Positions 1-9,648 of a stretch of DNA of 64,000 bases are shown here, in pieces. A program made the position numbers and the translations under genes. The notes below the pieces were generated by a model that saw only the letters and a program-made list of their open reading frames with translations, was not told where the DNA came from and made no database searches. How positions within the stretch are numbered: position 1 is the first letter of the stretch; every line of letters starts with the position of its first letter. The stretch comes from Candidatus Gottesmanbacteria bacterium (lineage in GTDB: Bacteria; Patescibacteriota; Microgenomatia; UBA10105; UBA927): assembly GCA_963714095.1 (NCBI GenBank), contig OY970230.1, positions 198,206-262,205 of the forward strand, read 5' to 3'.

Positions 1-605
1 TGATCTATCTCGTCCGTCACGGGGAAACGGAATGGAACGTGAAAAGAGTAATGCAGGGAAAGACAGACATCCGCTTAAACGCTTTAGGACGGAAACAAGC
101 TAGAACTGTAGCAATCACCCTTAAAAATATTCACTTTGATGCATTTTATTCTTCGCCTCTTACCCGCACGATGGAAACAGCAAAAATAATTAACAAATTT
201 CACCATCTATCAATAATTACTGACAGTGATCTGCAGGAAAGAAACTTTGGTAGCCTTGAGGGTAAGTCCTACGAAGAAGTAAATAGGTTTCATCCGGGTC
301 TCATATTTAGTGAAATATGGAATTATCCGAACTTTAGGCCACCGGATGGTGAAAGCGCGTCGGACGTACTCAAACGGGCGAAGCGATTTTCAGTTAAAAT
401 CTTACGGATTCATAAGGGCCAACATGTTCTTGTTGTTTCACACGGAGACGTGCTTCGCTCTATTATCGGATCTTTTATGAACATCCACCCTAAATATTTT
501 TTAGATGTGTATGTAGGAAACACCGGTTTAACCGTACTGGAAACATCAGGCAAAGGTGAACCAACATTACATGTCATGAATTATAAAACTCCAATAAATC
601 ATTAG
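1..605 (+). CDS. histidine phosphatase family protein (phosphoglycerate-mutase-like), 5' end outside window
   Basis: Translation in the track's frame extends to the window edge as LIYLVRHGETEWN, the RHG catalytic-His motif of histidine phosphatases. A later VVSHGDVLRS second-His motif is also present. The track ORF starts internally at 39. Confidence 0.7.
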   Translation, partial: IYLVRHGETEWNVKRVMQGKTDIRLNALGRKQARTVAITLKNIHFDAFYSSPLTRTMETAKIINKFHHLSIITDSDLQERNFGSLEGKSYEEVNRFHPGLIFSEIWNYPNFRPPDGESASDVLKRAKRFSVKILRIHKGQHVLVVSHGDVLRSIIGSFMNIHPKYFLDVYVGNTGLTVLETSGKGEPTLHVMNYKTPINH

Positions 606-1075
606 AGCGTGTAATCTTTGGAGAACTGGCTTTTGGCGCCGGAGGTGTCGGTAAATTCCAGATTCAGCGTTACTTTTGAAACTCCGGGGTCGGGTGTGCA
701 GACATTCCTTGAGCAGGTGCCCAGATAGATTTCCTGGCTGATGGCGTCCTTTCCGGTCACGTCCATCGGCTTACTTCCGCTCGTTACGCCTTTCACAAGC
801 CCGTTACTGTCATAGGTAAGCTCATAGGCAATGCTGGCCATTTTGCTGCCCATTCCCTTCACACTGATGTCGACGGTGTTGGCAGCAGTCGCACTTTTGG
901 TAAAATCAACGCTGATGGACGCGTCAACCGAAGGAACCGGGGTAGTGGTAATATCCGTCGTCGTTTGAGTCGTCGCGGGCGGCGTACCGGAAAAAACCGC
1001 TTTATACACAACAAATCCCGTAACCAAAAGTAAAACTACTAAAACGCTGATAATAATTCTGATCTTTTTGCTCAT
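602..1075 (-). CDS. small membrane-anchored Thr/Pro-rich surface protein (hypothetical)
   Basis: N-terminal hydrophobic helix (IIISVLVVLLLVTGFVVY) followed by the Thr-rich stretch PPATTQTTTDITTTPVPS. Two Cys residues lie in CSRNVC. No recognisable enzyme motif. Confidence 0.4.
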   Translation of the reverse strand: MSKKIRIIISVLVVLLLVTGFVVYKAVFSGTPPATTQTTTDITTTPVPSVDASISVDFTKSATAANTVDISVKGMGSKMASIAYELTYDSNGLVKGVTSGSKPMDVTGKDAISQEIYLGTCSRNVCTPDPGVSKVTLNLEFTDTSGAKSQFSKDYTL

Positions 1076-1084
1076 ATTTCCAGC

Positions 1085-2371
1085 TTACCCGTTTCCCAAT
1101 TTTTCGTCAATATAGGCCGCGAGTTTACTGATATTGACGCGGTCCTGGCGAGTCGTGTCGCGGTCACGCACCGTTACCGTATCATCCTCCAGGGTTGTGT
1201 AGTCGACTGTAATGCACCATGGTGTGCCGGCTTCATCCTGCGCCAGATACCGCTTGCCGATGTTCCCGCGGTCATCCCACGCAGTCAGAAAGCGCGTTTT
1301 GATGCTGTCATAGACAGTTTTAGCCGTACGAACGAGCTCAGGTTTGTTGGCAACCAGCGGGAATACGGCGGCCTTTTTTGGAGCCAACCGCGGATCAAGT
1401 TTCAGGACAATCCGCTTTTCCTCCTGAACATACGCCTCCAGTAGGAAAAACAACGCAGCACGGTCAACGCCTCCGGATGTTTCGATAACCCACGGCGTAT
1501 ATTCTACGCCTGCGATATCATCTCTGTATTTCAGCTTATGATTCCCCAAATCAAAATCGCCGCGGTGATGGATTCCCTCAAATTCGCTCCATCCGAACGG
1601 CGCATTATATTCAATATCCGTTGCGCGCCGTGCATAGTGCGCCCGCTCATCGTCCCGGTGATCCCGAAACCGCAGATGTGAAACATCCATACCCAGTGAC
1701 GTATACCATTTGATACGCGCTTCTTTCCAGTACTCAAACCATTTATCCCCTTCCGTATCGTCGGGTTTGACAAAAAACTCCAACTCCATCTGTTCAAACT
1801 CCCGTGAGCGGAAGGTAAAATTCCCCGGGGTTATTTCATTCCTAAATGCTTTTCCGATTTGGGCAATACCAAAGGGAATTTTTATACGGGTTGAATCAAC
1901 GACATTTCTGAAATTTACGAAAACCCCCTGTGTGATTTCTCCGCGAAGATACACTTTCTCTTTTGGCTCAGTAACACCCAAGTAAACTTCCGTCAGAAGA
2001 TTAAACTGTTTTGGCTGCGTCCATTCTATTTTCTCTTTATGCTCCTTCTGGTGATCTGTAAGGAGCTCCTGTTTATCAGCACGGAACCGCTTATGGCAAA
2101 TTTTACATTCAACTAAGGGATCGGCAAACGCTTTCGTGTGGCCTGAAGCTTCCCAGACGACAGGGTTCATGATGATGGCGGCATCCATGCCCACGACGTC
2201 ATCGCGCAGCTGCACCATCGTGCGCCACCACTCGTTTTTGATATTCTTTTTCAGTTCCACACCTAAGGGGCCGTAATCCCAGAACCCGGTAATGCCTCCG
2301 TAAATCTCACTGCCCGGATAAATAAATCCGCGGCGTTTGGCAAGAGCTACAATGCTGTCCAGACTGGTCAT
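1085..2371 (-). CDS. glyQS: glycine--tRNA ligase (class II, alpha2 type)
   Basis: Full-length 428 aa with conserved GlyQS motifs: N-terminal RRGFIYPGSEIYGG, FWDYGPLG and a class II aaRS core. Confidence 0.9.
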   Translation of the reverse strand: MTSLDSIVALAKRRGFIYPGSEIYGGITGFWDYGPLGVELKKNIKNEWWRTMVQLRDDVVGMDAAIIMNPVVWEASGHTKAFADPLVECKICHKRFRADKQELLTDHQKEHKEKIEWTQPKQFNLLTEVYLGVTEPKEKVYLRGEITQGVFVNFRNVVDSTRIKIPFGIAQIGKAFRNEITPGNFTFRSREFEQMELEFFVKPDDTEGDKWFEYWKEARIKWYTSLGMDVSHLRFRDHRDDERAHYARRATDIEYNAPFGWSEFEGIHHRGDFDLGNHKLKYRDDIAGVEYTPWVIETSGGVDRAALFFLLEAYVQEEKRIVLKLDPRLAPKKAAVFPLVANKPELVRTAKTVYDSIKTRFLTAWDDRGNIGKRYLAQDEAGTPWCITVDYTTLEDDTVTVRDRDTTRQDRVNISKLAAYIDEKLGNG

Positions 2372-2383
2372 AGTGAAATTGTA

Positions 2384-2944
2384 TCAAATGTTGAAGTGGG
2401 ACACCAGCCGCACGGTTTTAAGCCGCCGTTCCAACAACTGTTCAACATAGGAATCCAATGATCCTGTCGGGGGCCTGCGTCCCCGTTCCAAATATCCAAG
2501 CTCGCGAAGGAGGGCCGCGGCAAAACGCTCCCGAAGTACATCAATACGTTCACCTTTCACGGAGGAAAGAGCGGCAAGAGCATCGCAAAGAAGCAAAAAG
2601 ACATCTTCGTGCGCCTGCCCGGCTGGAAGTAATCCGTCAATAAGTTCGCACAGATAATAGGCGGCGCCGATGCGATGAAGATCCGACCGTACTCCTTGGT
2701 ATGAAGCAATCGGCGATACTTCCGTCAGGGTTTCCATCCCGCTTCCTATGTGGATCGTCGCAATAACGCGGTTAAATATCTCAATATGAGGTCCGCGTTT
2801 ACTGGATATTTTGCGTACCCCTTTTGCAAGCCACCGCATTTTGCCGGATTGTCTGGTAAATACCGTCAGAATTCTGTCTGCCTCGCCAACATTGTGTCGT
2901 TTGAGAATAACGCCTTCGACCGTATACACACGCGGAGGCGGCAT
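2384..2944 (-). CDS. recO: DNA repair protein RecO-like
   Basis: N-terminal OB-fold pattern EGVILKRHNVGEADRILTVFTRQSGKM, typical of RecO. It sits immediately upstream of glyQS, as in many bacteria. It is short (186 aa), so it may be a compact RecO. Confidence 0.6.
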   Translation of the reverse strand: MPPPRVYTVEGVILKRHNVGEADRILTVFTRQSGKMRWLAKGVRKISSKRGPHIEIFNRVIATIHIGSGMETLTEVSPIASYQGVRSDLHRIGAAYYLCELIDGLLPAGQAHEDVFLLLCDALAALSSVKGERIDVLRERFAAALLRELGYLERGRRPPTGSLDSYVEQLLERRLKTVRLVSHFNI

Positions 2945-2945
2945 G

Positions 2946-4940
2946 TTAGAAGGTAAATTCTGTATCAGACAGGAGGGTTGTATTCACTTTTTCGTTCCCG
3001 TTTAGCTTCAGTATAAAATTCTGATCAGATGAACCGGACTGGCGCTGGACTAGGAGGTGATATTTTCCGTCAGTTTCTTTGACCGGCGACGAATACGTGA
3101 GTGTCAGTTGCGCAACACCCAACGGGTTCACGGTAAGGAAACCCTGGAACATCGTCTTTCCCAAACTCGACGCGGTGGTCATGGGTGTCGCCTTCCCGTC
3201 TTGCGGTGACTGGGTCCCCTGACTTTGCTTGAGCTGGCTCCCCGCCGGCACATAGATGCGGATCCAATCCCGAAGCGGAGCATTCAGACACAATCCGCCG
3301 CTGGCCAAACCGCAATCGCTGCCCGGATACGGATTTTTGTAGTCAATCGTGAGATTGGTCGTCATCGTGCCATCACCGTTCACCGTTGTATCTTTTGTGA
3401 TCTTTTCCGAAACGAACATATTGGATTTGGCGCCGCCCATGTTCGCTTCGTTAATCGTAAGATAATCCCACCCCTGCCCTTCCTTATACTTCAATATTGC
3501 GGCACTTTCCGATGCTGTCATAATACGTCCGGCCATATTAAAATTCTCTGCGGCTTTTTGGATTGTGGGGTCAGTAAAATACGTCTGTATATGTTTATCC
3601 GTAATCTCTGTCAAGAGCATCTGGAAGAGGTTTCCCCAATATTTTGACGGGGAAACGCCGAGGGCCATTTGTAACATCTGGCGCATCAGCTCACCGATTT
3701 CGCCTTTCCGGTCAGTACGGACATAATTAACCGGCCTCGAAGAATAATCCTCAAGCTCGTAAATCGCCTCAGCACAATTGCAGCGGGGATCAATAGCCGC
3801 ACTAAATACTCTCCCGCTTGCGTTGATGGGGCCCAATATTTTGAGCGCATCTACGAGTACATGCGTATCCATGGTGATAATACCGTCTATGTTGTGTTCT
3901 GTCCCGGACGTATTATCGTACATTGACTGAAATTGCTGCATGGAAATTTTAAAATCCGGTGATAAATTCGAATCCCGGATATTTAAATTGTAAACACCCG
4001 GCAAATACGCAAGAATTTCCGGTGGTGCAGGATATTTTTTGGTAAGCGCTGCATCGAGAGAATAAATATCATCGGATTTCTCCAGAATTGCTTTTCCGCC
4101 GACGAACCGAAACTGCGCATATGATGTCATGAATCCACCTGTCGGCCGCAGCTCCTTGTCATTTTGGAAAATCACCAGGTACCGCTTTTCCGCAGGATAC
4201 CCCAGAATTTTCGGCAGATTAGTAAGGAGGGGCTGGGCGTTCACAAACAAGTTCGCGGCATTTTCTATAACCTCCTTGGCTCCGACCAGCTGAGGCCGTA
4301 TAGAAGTTTTGCCGATGTGATCCGGATAGCGGTTGGGGTCGATATAATCAATTTCTTTCCGTAACGTATCGATACTCGACGCCATGGTGTTGATTTTCGG
4401 AACCAAGGCGTTCATGGTTTTGACTGCAGTCTGGATCCGGTCGTCTGCCGTTCCCGAAACGAAATTACTTTTACCCTTGAGTCCTAAAAGATCAGCGTTC
4501 GGTTCCAAAGCAGCGACAGCCGCGTCCCCCGCATCAAGCCCCGCAAATCCGGCTTTTATGGCATGATCGCCGTCTGAGATATACGCGCCTAAAAACGGAA
4601 CATGTTCCAAAGGAAGTACTTTGTTATATTCGTCTCGAAGTGCAGTCAGGCTCGTCCTCGTTGCCGCGAGCCCTTCTTTGGTTTTGACAATGTCCTGTTT
4701 TTTAATCGCCGCGCCAGTCTCACGAGCGGCGGCAATGACGGCCGGTGCTTTGGAAATCACTCCGCGCAGCGGTAAAAGCATAATGCCGATAATGACAAAA
4801 ATAAGGACAAGGATTCCCAAAGGAATAGCGATAATTTTCCACGGAAATGATTTTTTTGTATGCATAGGTGGCGGTACTATCGGCATCACCCGCGGAGCAG
4901 GTGTCGTCGGTAAATTAATTTTTTTCAGTTCCTCGGGCAT
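2946..4940 (-). CDS. membrane-anchored extracytoplasmic protein, DUF4012-like
   Basis: Pro-rich N-terminus, a single TM (IIAIPLGILVLIFVIIGIMLL), then a large soluble domain. The motif VIFQNDKELRPTGGFMTSYAQ resembles DUF4012 proteins that frequently neighbour sugar-transferase genes. Assignment from memory, not searchable here. Confidence 0.45.
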   Translation of the reverse strand: MPEELKKINLPTTPAPRVMPIVPPPMHTKKSFPWKIIAIPLGILVLIFVIIGIMLLPLRGVISKAPAVIAAARETGAAIKKQDIVKTKEGLAATRTSLTALRDEYNKVLPLEHVPFLGAYISDGDHAIKAGFAGLDAGDAAVAALEPNADLLGLKGKSNFVSGTADDRIQTAVKTMNALVPKINTMASSIDTLRKEIDYIDPNRYPDHIGKTSIRPQLVGAKEVIENAANLFVNAQPLLTNLPKILGYPAEKRYLVIFQNDKELRPTGGFMTSYAQFRFVGGKAILEKSDDIYSLDAALTKKYPAPPEILAYLPGVYNLNIRDSNLSPDFKISMQQFQSMYDNTSGTEHNIDGIITMDTHVLVDALKILGPINASGRVFSAAIDPRCNCAEAIYELEDYSSRPVNYVRTDRKGEIGELMRQMLQMALGVSPSKYWGNLFQMLLTEITDKHIQTYFTDPTIQKAAENFNMAGRIMTASESAAILKYKEGQGWDYLTINEANMGGAKSNMFVSEKITKDTTVNGDGTMTTNLTIDYKNPYPGSDCGLASGGLCLNAPLRDWIRIYVPAGSQLKQSQGTQSPQDGKATPMTTASSLGKTMFQGFLTVNPLGVAQLTLTYSSPVKETDGKYHLLVQRQSGSSDQNFILKLNGNEKVNTTLLSDTEFTF

Positions 4941-4995
4941 GTTCTTTATTGTCTCGTATTTGCCAGGTACTTGTCAATGGACCGCGGACGGAAGA

Positions 4996-5634
4996 CTAGA
5001 CTGCGCCTTTACCGGAGATCATTGCCCACGGACTCCTGAAAAGTATGGCGATATCCATGAGCAGTGACCGTTTTTTTACGTAATCCGCATCCATTTTAAT
5101 CCGTTTATCAAAATTCACCTCGCTTCTCCCCGACACCTGCCAATGCCCGGTAATGCCAGGTTTGGCAGACAGCACAATTTTCACTAAATTTTTGGTATGC
5201 GGGTATTTCCGCTGCTGTTCCACGAGTTCGTCCGGATAATACGGACGGGGTCCCACGAGACTCATGTCTCCGCGGATCACATTCACAAGCTGGGGAATTT
5301 CATCAAGAGAATGTTTCCTTATAAACCGTCCCACCCGAGTGACCCGGGGATCATCCAACAGTTTGTAACTATTCCGTTTATATTCGCTGTACAGTTTTGC
5401 CAACTTAGGATCACTCCGGAGCTGTTCATGGGCATTCACGACCATGGAGCGGAATTTAAAGAGTTTAAAGAGTTTCCCGTTTTTTCCGACCCGCTGGGGA
5501 GTATCGGCAAATACCGGACCTTCACTATCCAAAACAATTGCGACGGCTGTAATAAGGCTGATCGGCAGAAACAAAAGGAATATGAATATGCTTCCCACAA
5601 GATCAATGCATCGTTTAATAAACGTGTATATCAT
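4996..5634 (-). CDS. polyprenyl-phosphate sugar-1-phosphate transferase (small PglC/WbaP-C-terminal type initiating phosphoglycosyl transferase)
   Basis: Single N-terminal membrane helix. Conserved bacterial sugar transferase motifs: [25 protein letters not shown] and [21 protein letters not shown]. Confidence 0.85.
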   Translation of the reverse strand: MIYTFIKRCIDLVGSIFIFLLFLPISLITAVAIVLDSEGPVFADTPQRVGKNGKLFKLFKFRSMVVNAHEQLRSDPKLAKLYSEYKRNSYKLLDDPRVTRVGRFIRKHSLDEIPQLVNVIRGDMSLVGPRPYYPDELVEQQRKYPHTKNLVKIVLSAKPGITGHWQVSGRSEVNFDKRIKMDADYVKKRSLLMDIAILFRSPWAMISGKGAV

Positions 5635-5646
5635 ACGTTGAACCCC

Positions 5647-6729
5647 TCAGGTAAGATGCTCGTTTTGGGTACCCTTTAAACTTTCAACGAGTTTTTTAAT
5701 TTTCGGAACGGAGGATTTGTTGCAGACCAGAATCACATCGTTTGTTGCAACGATAAGGGCATCCTTCACGTCTATCGTCGTCACCAGCTGATCCGTGTAA
5801 TTATAGACCAATGAATCTTCCGTGTCCGTCAGGAGCACTTTTCCCTCCGTTACGTTTTTATCCGCAGCCTCCTCAAGCGCTTCTTTTAATGCTTCCCACG
5901 CCCCGATATCACTCCATCCGATATCCTCAGAAATAACATAGGCAGTAGACGGATTCAGATTTTCCAGAATCAGATTATCAAAACTGTTTTTTTCCAATGT
6001 AGGATAGACGCTGGCAAGCGTTTCCTCGAACCGATCTGTATGCCAGCTCTCGGAAATACGGGAAAGTCCCGCATATATATTCGGTGCAAACTGTTTATAT
6101 TGCGACCATAAAAATTGCGGCGTGGTGACAAAGTATCCTAGATTCCAAGCATGATGATCACTTTCAAAGTACCGTTTCGCTGTTTTTGCGTCAGGCCGGT
6201 ATTGACAGTCAACAAACGAATAAATTGGAATTTCGTTGGCGGTCATCATTCTTTTACCGTACTCAATCCACCCCAAATTTTCACTGGCAAACCGTGGTTT
6301 TTGCGCAACAAACACTATCCTGTTGGAATCTTTTTTTACAATTTCTCCTGCAGCAACAAGAATTTTCCGGAACAGTGCTTCCTTTTTTACCAAATGATCG
6401 CTCCACACAATGACCATAGGCTCCAGAGGAAAATCCCGGACAAGGAGTGACGTAATCAAACCAACCGCAGGCCCGACATCCCGCATCTCCGGCTCGCCTA
6501 TCACGTGATCAGGCGGCAATTCCCCTAATTGTTTTTGGACGATCGCAACATACGGCGCGCCCGTGGAAACATAGATGTCCTTCCATGAAAAGTCCGGCAG
6601 CAATCTGTTGGCTGCCAGCTGCAAGGTTGAGGAACTTCCTATAATTTTTTCAAACTGTTTCGGAGATTTTTTCCGGGAAAGCGGCCATAACCGCGTTCCC
6701 ACTCCTCCTGCAAAAATGACTGCTTTCAT
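5647..6729 (-). CDS. sugar-phosphate nucleotidyltransferase, mannose-1-phosphate guanylyltransferase-like
   Basis: N-terminal IFAGGVGTRLWPLSRKKSPKQF nucleotidyltransferase signature (GGxGTRLxPL). ~360 aa, without a cupin/isomerase domain. Confidence 0.7.
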   Translation of the reverse strand: MKAVIFAGGVGTRLWPLSRKKSPKQFEKIIGSSSTLQLAANRLLPDFSWKDIYVSTGAPYVAIVQKQLGELPPDHVIGEPEMRDVGPAVGLITSLLVRDFPLEPMVIVWSDHLVKKEALFRKILVAAGEIVKKDSNRIVFVAQKPRFASENLGWIEYGKRMMTANEIPIYSFVDCQYRPDAKTAKRYFESDHHAWNLGYFVTTPQFLWSQYKQFAPNIYAGLSRISESWHTDRFEETLASVYPTLEKNSFDNLILENLNPSTAYVISEDIGWSDIGAWEALKEALEEAADKNVTEGKVLLTDTEDSLVYNYTDQLVTTIDVKDALIVATNDVILVCNKSSVPKIKKLVESLKGTQNEHLT

Positions 6730-7817
6730 TGTATTTTTGTGGCGAGTCTTTCAACCGTGACCCGCATTTCTTTTTTAAATCTTTCTATACCAAAACGTTC
6801 TGCGTTAGCTCTGCATGAACCGCTATCATACCACCCTTTGTTAAATATATGCAAAGCGCGGATCAACGATTCTTTTGTCTGTGCATCAAACAAAATTCCT
6901 GTTTTCCCTTCGATCACAGTTTCCGCCATGCCGCTCTGTCGATAACAGATAACCGGCTTACCGCACGATTGTGCTTCAAGAGCGATTAAACCAAAATCCT
7001 CATCGCCTGCGAACACAAAAGCACGGCACCTTTGATAATAGGCAACAAGATCTGCGTCTGTCAAATAACGCGTAATAAAAGTGATATTATTTTTTGCCCT
7101 CCTCTGCAACACCCGATTGCCCAATCCGCTCCCGATAATTATGAGCGGCCAGCCAAGCTCGTTAAACGCATCAATGACGAGATCTATGCGCTTGTATGGG
7201 ACAAAGCGGGATACCAAAAGAAAATAATTTTCCTTATTCTTTGCAATTCTAAATGTATTCGTATCTATCGGAGGATAAATCACCGTATCGACGTTGCGAT
7301 GATAATATTTCTTTATACGATCCGCGACGTGGCTCGAAATAGTAATGTAATAATCAGGCCGGGAAGAGGCAATTAAATCCCACCGCTTCAGGGTTGGTGT
7401 AAACATTTTCAACATACGTGCGGATACATAATCGGCCCGTTCCATATAGGTCGAATTTCCGCTCCATAAATACCGTGTCGGCGTAAGGCAATAGCAAATA
7501 TGGACGGTGCCCGGCTTGGTAATGATGTTTTTGGCTTCGGCAGACGTCACTGATAGAACCACATCGTACGCGTCAAAAGAAAATGACTCAAACGCCATAG
7601 GGGTAAGCCACGGAAACAGTTCGTGATGCCTTTTTGCAAACGGCACATGCTGCAGAAACGAAGTGTGAACGTCAAAAACGTCTGCCCATGACGCACGGCG
7701 CGGATCATAGACTGCGGTAAAAAGAGGCGCGTCCGGCCAAATCTCATGAAGAGCGAGTAAGACTCGTTCCGCCCCGCCCCATTTATTAACCCGGTCGTAC
7801 ACCAGTGCAATTTTCAT
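6726..7817 (-). CDS. glycosyltransferase family 4 (GT-B)
   Basis: N-term MKIALVYDRVNKWGGAERV and C-terminal GLIALEAQSCGKPVICY donor-binding motif. 4-nt overlap with the downstream gene. Confidence 0.8.
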   Translation of the reverse strand: MKIALVYDRVNKWGGAERVLLALHEIWPDAPLFTAVYDPRRASWADVFDVHTSFLQHVPFAKRHHELFPWLTPMAFESFSFDAYDVVLSVTSAEAKNIITKPGTVHICYCLTPTRYLWSGNSTYMERADYVSARMLKMFTPTLKRWDLIASSRPDYYITISSHVADRIKKYYHRNVDTVIYPPIDTNTFRIAKNKENYFLLVSRFVPYKRIDLVIDAFNELGWPLIIIGSGLGNRVLQRRAKNNITFITRYLTDADLVAYYQRCRAFVFAGDEDFGLIALEAQSCGKPVICYRQSGMAETVIEGKTGILFDAQTKESLIRALHIFNKGWYDSGSCRANAERFGIERFKKEMRVTVERLATKIQ

Positions 7818-8271
7818 ATATTTTTAACGTATCACTCGCCATTTTGTGCCAGGAATATTTTTTCACAATACTTGAATCAACTGGTGGTCTTTTTTTTGCT
7901 GCACGGGTCAAAATTTTTGCAAGATCCTCTGCGCTGTGCGGATCAAAATAGATTGCACAGTTCCCGAGTATCTCATGAAACACAGGAATGTCGCTTACTA
8001 TCACGGGACAATTATTTGCAAGAGCTTCAAGGGCCGGAAGACCGAACCCTTCCATAAGCGAAGGAAACACGAGCGCCTGGGCATTTTTATATAACTCTGA
8101 AAGTTCTACGTCGGTTACGGTTTTGGGTTGTACCCCTAATCGTTTATAGAAAAAATCATCGTTCCCGACAAAAACAACCCGTACACCGGCCTTCAATGCA
8201 GCGCGCATAAGTAACTCCACATTCTTATGCGGGTATGCATTCCCCACGTATAAAAAATAGTTATCCTTCAT
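7786..8271 (-). CDS. GT4 C-terminal (donor-binding) domain only; half of a split GT4
   Basis: Begins YFLYVGNAYPHKNVELLMRA, the start of the GT-B C-domain. Contains EGFGLPALEALANNCPVIVSD. 161 aa. Its start overlaps the stop of the N-domain ORF (8261..8782) by 11 nt. Confidence 0.6.
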   Translation of the reverse strand: MKDNYFLYVGNAYPHKNVELLMRAALKAGVRVVFVGNDDFFYKRLGVQPKTVTDVELSELYKNAQALVFPSLMEGFGLPALEALANNCPVIVSDIPVFHEILGNCAIYFDPHSAEDLAKILTRAAKKRPPVDSSIVKKYSWHKMASDTLKIYENCTGVRPG

Positions 8272-8782
8272 AAATAACTTCTATCTGCTCGGACAACACA
8301 TCAAAATGATCAAGAATTTCTTTTTTCGTACTTTCCGAAACGGCAATTATTTTTTCGCTCCAGAAAATTGCTTTTAACAGAGAAATATAATATCCCAGGC
8401 GGCGGATTTTGTAGAAAACATACGACAGCGTCGTTGCTTTTCCTGTGTCAAAATGCAAAATCGTCAGGTCGTGGATGGTCACGATACATTTTCCGAAATA
8501 GAAAAGCGGGACATTAAAATAGGGAACATGCAAAAGATCGAGATGCTCACTGTTAAAAATCGCCGGCATGAACAGCTGTTCAGTGACACTATGCCATGGA
8601 ATGTCCGCTAACCGTTTCGTCCATCTGGCATTAGGCAATGCAAACGAATCAAACGCAGATTTCCGTAAAAAAACCACGTAGGAATTTTTATCATCAATCT
8701 TCCCCAATTCTGCAATAAGATTGCGGACATATCGTCCGACGCCGGTCTCGTTTACAAGACGTGCATCTATGCCTATCTTCAT
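8261..8782 (-). CDS. GT4 N-terminal (acceptor) domain only; half of a split GT4
   Basis: MKIGIDARLVNETGVGRYVRNL N-domain signature. Ends ...EQIEVIYEG immediately after the N-domain terminal motif. 173 aa. Confidence 0.6.
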   Translation of the reverse strand: MKIGIDARLVNETGVGRYVRNLIAELGKIDDKNSYVVFLRKSAFDSFALPNARWTKRLADIPWHSVTEQLFMPAIFNSEHLDLLHVPYFNVPLFYFGKCIVTIHDLTILHFDTGKATTLSYVFYKIRRLGYYISLLKAIFWSEKIIAVSESTKKEILDHFDVLSEQIEVIYEG

Positions 8783-9648
8783 ATAGAAAATTGTTTTAAG
8801 AAAAATAACCGCATCGAATAAAATAGATTAATGACGAGAGATACAACCGGTCCGTATTTTTTCGCATAATGTTTTTTGTAAAACAGCCAGTTATACTCAT
8901 GAAAATAAATCTCGGTTATAACCGCCCGCGAACGAAGAGCACTGCTTCTTCCGCTCTGCTTCTTCTTATGAAGGACTATCGCCTCCGGATTAAACCACAC
9001 TTCCCAACCCTTCTGTTTAAACCGGTACGCCCAATCGATATCCTCAGCATACATAAAATAATCTTCATCAAGGAGACCCACCTCATGTATTGCCTCACTC
9101 CTAGCAAAGAAAAATGCACCGCTCACGCAGTCCACCTGATGGGGAATCGTGATATTTTTGTACCCCATGTGATACTGCCCGAAGATGCGCGACTCTGGGA
9201 ATAATTTTTCAAGACCAATCATATACGTGAAAGCTGCCCACGGCGTCGGGAATCCCCTGTGGCACGCCGGATCCATCTTTCCGTTTGCCAATTCCAGCCG
9301 GCAGGTGGCAGCCCCCGCCTTCAGGTGCCCGTCCATAAACCGCAGCATCGCGCCGATGGAGCCCTCCCGGATCTCCGTATCTGAATTTAACAGTAAAATA
9401 TATTTTCCTTTGGCAATTTTTATCCCTTTGTTATTCGCTTTGGCAAACCCTAAATTCTTCGTGTTCAAAATGAGCCGTATGTCGGGAATCTTTTTGAATA
9501 GTTCCGTGCTTCCGTCGGACGACCCGTTATCTACCACGATAATTTCCAACACTACTCCTTCCGACCACTTCCGTATCGAGTCCAGACATGCCTTCGTCAT
9601 GTCTTTTGTGTTGTAATTGACAATAATAATGGAAAGCTCAGTGTTCAT
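8779..9648 (-). CDS. glycosyltransferase family 2 (GT-A)
   Basis: LSIIIVNYNTKDMTKACLDSI ... VVDNGSSDGS GT2 N-terminal signature. Confidence 0.8.
   Translation of the reverse strand: MNTELSIIIVNYNTKDMTKACLDSIRKWSEGVVLEIIVVDNGSSDGSTELFKKIPDIRLILNTKNLGFAKANNKGIKIAKGKYILLLNSDTEIREGSIGAMLRFMDGHLKAGAATCRLELANGKMDPACHRGFPTPWAAFTYMIGLEKLFPESRIFGQYHMGYKNITIPHQVDCVSGAFFFARSEAIHEVGLLDEDYFMYAEDIDWAYRFKQKGWEVWFNPEAIVLHKKKQSGRSSALRSRAVITEIYFHEYNWLFYKKHYAKKYGPVVSLVINLFYSMRLFFLKQFSI

Noticed and set aside
1531-1985. ORFs 1531..1797 (-) and 1710..1985 (+) inside glyQS
   Set aside because: Shadow ORFs in alternative frames of a confidently identified, full-length glycine--tRNA ligase gene. No motif content.
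3070-5679. Multiple 60-160 aa ORFs on either strand within 2946..4940 and 4996..5634 (e.g. 3225..3647, 4621..5067, 5197..5679)
   Set aside because: Overlap longer conserved CDS. Compositionally biased (Arg/Ser/Pro-rich) translations typical of antisense or off-frame reads of GC-richer coding DNA.
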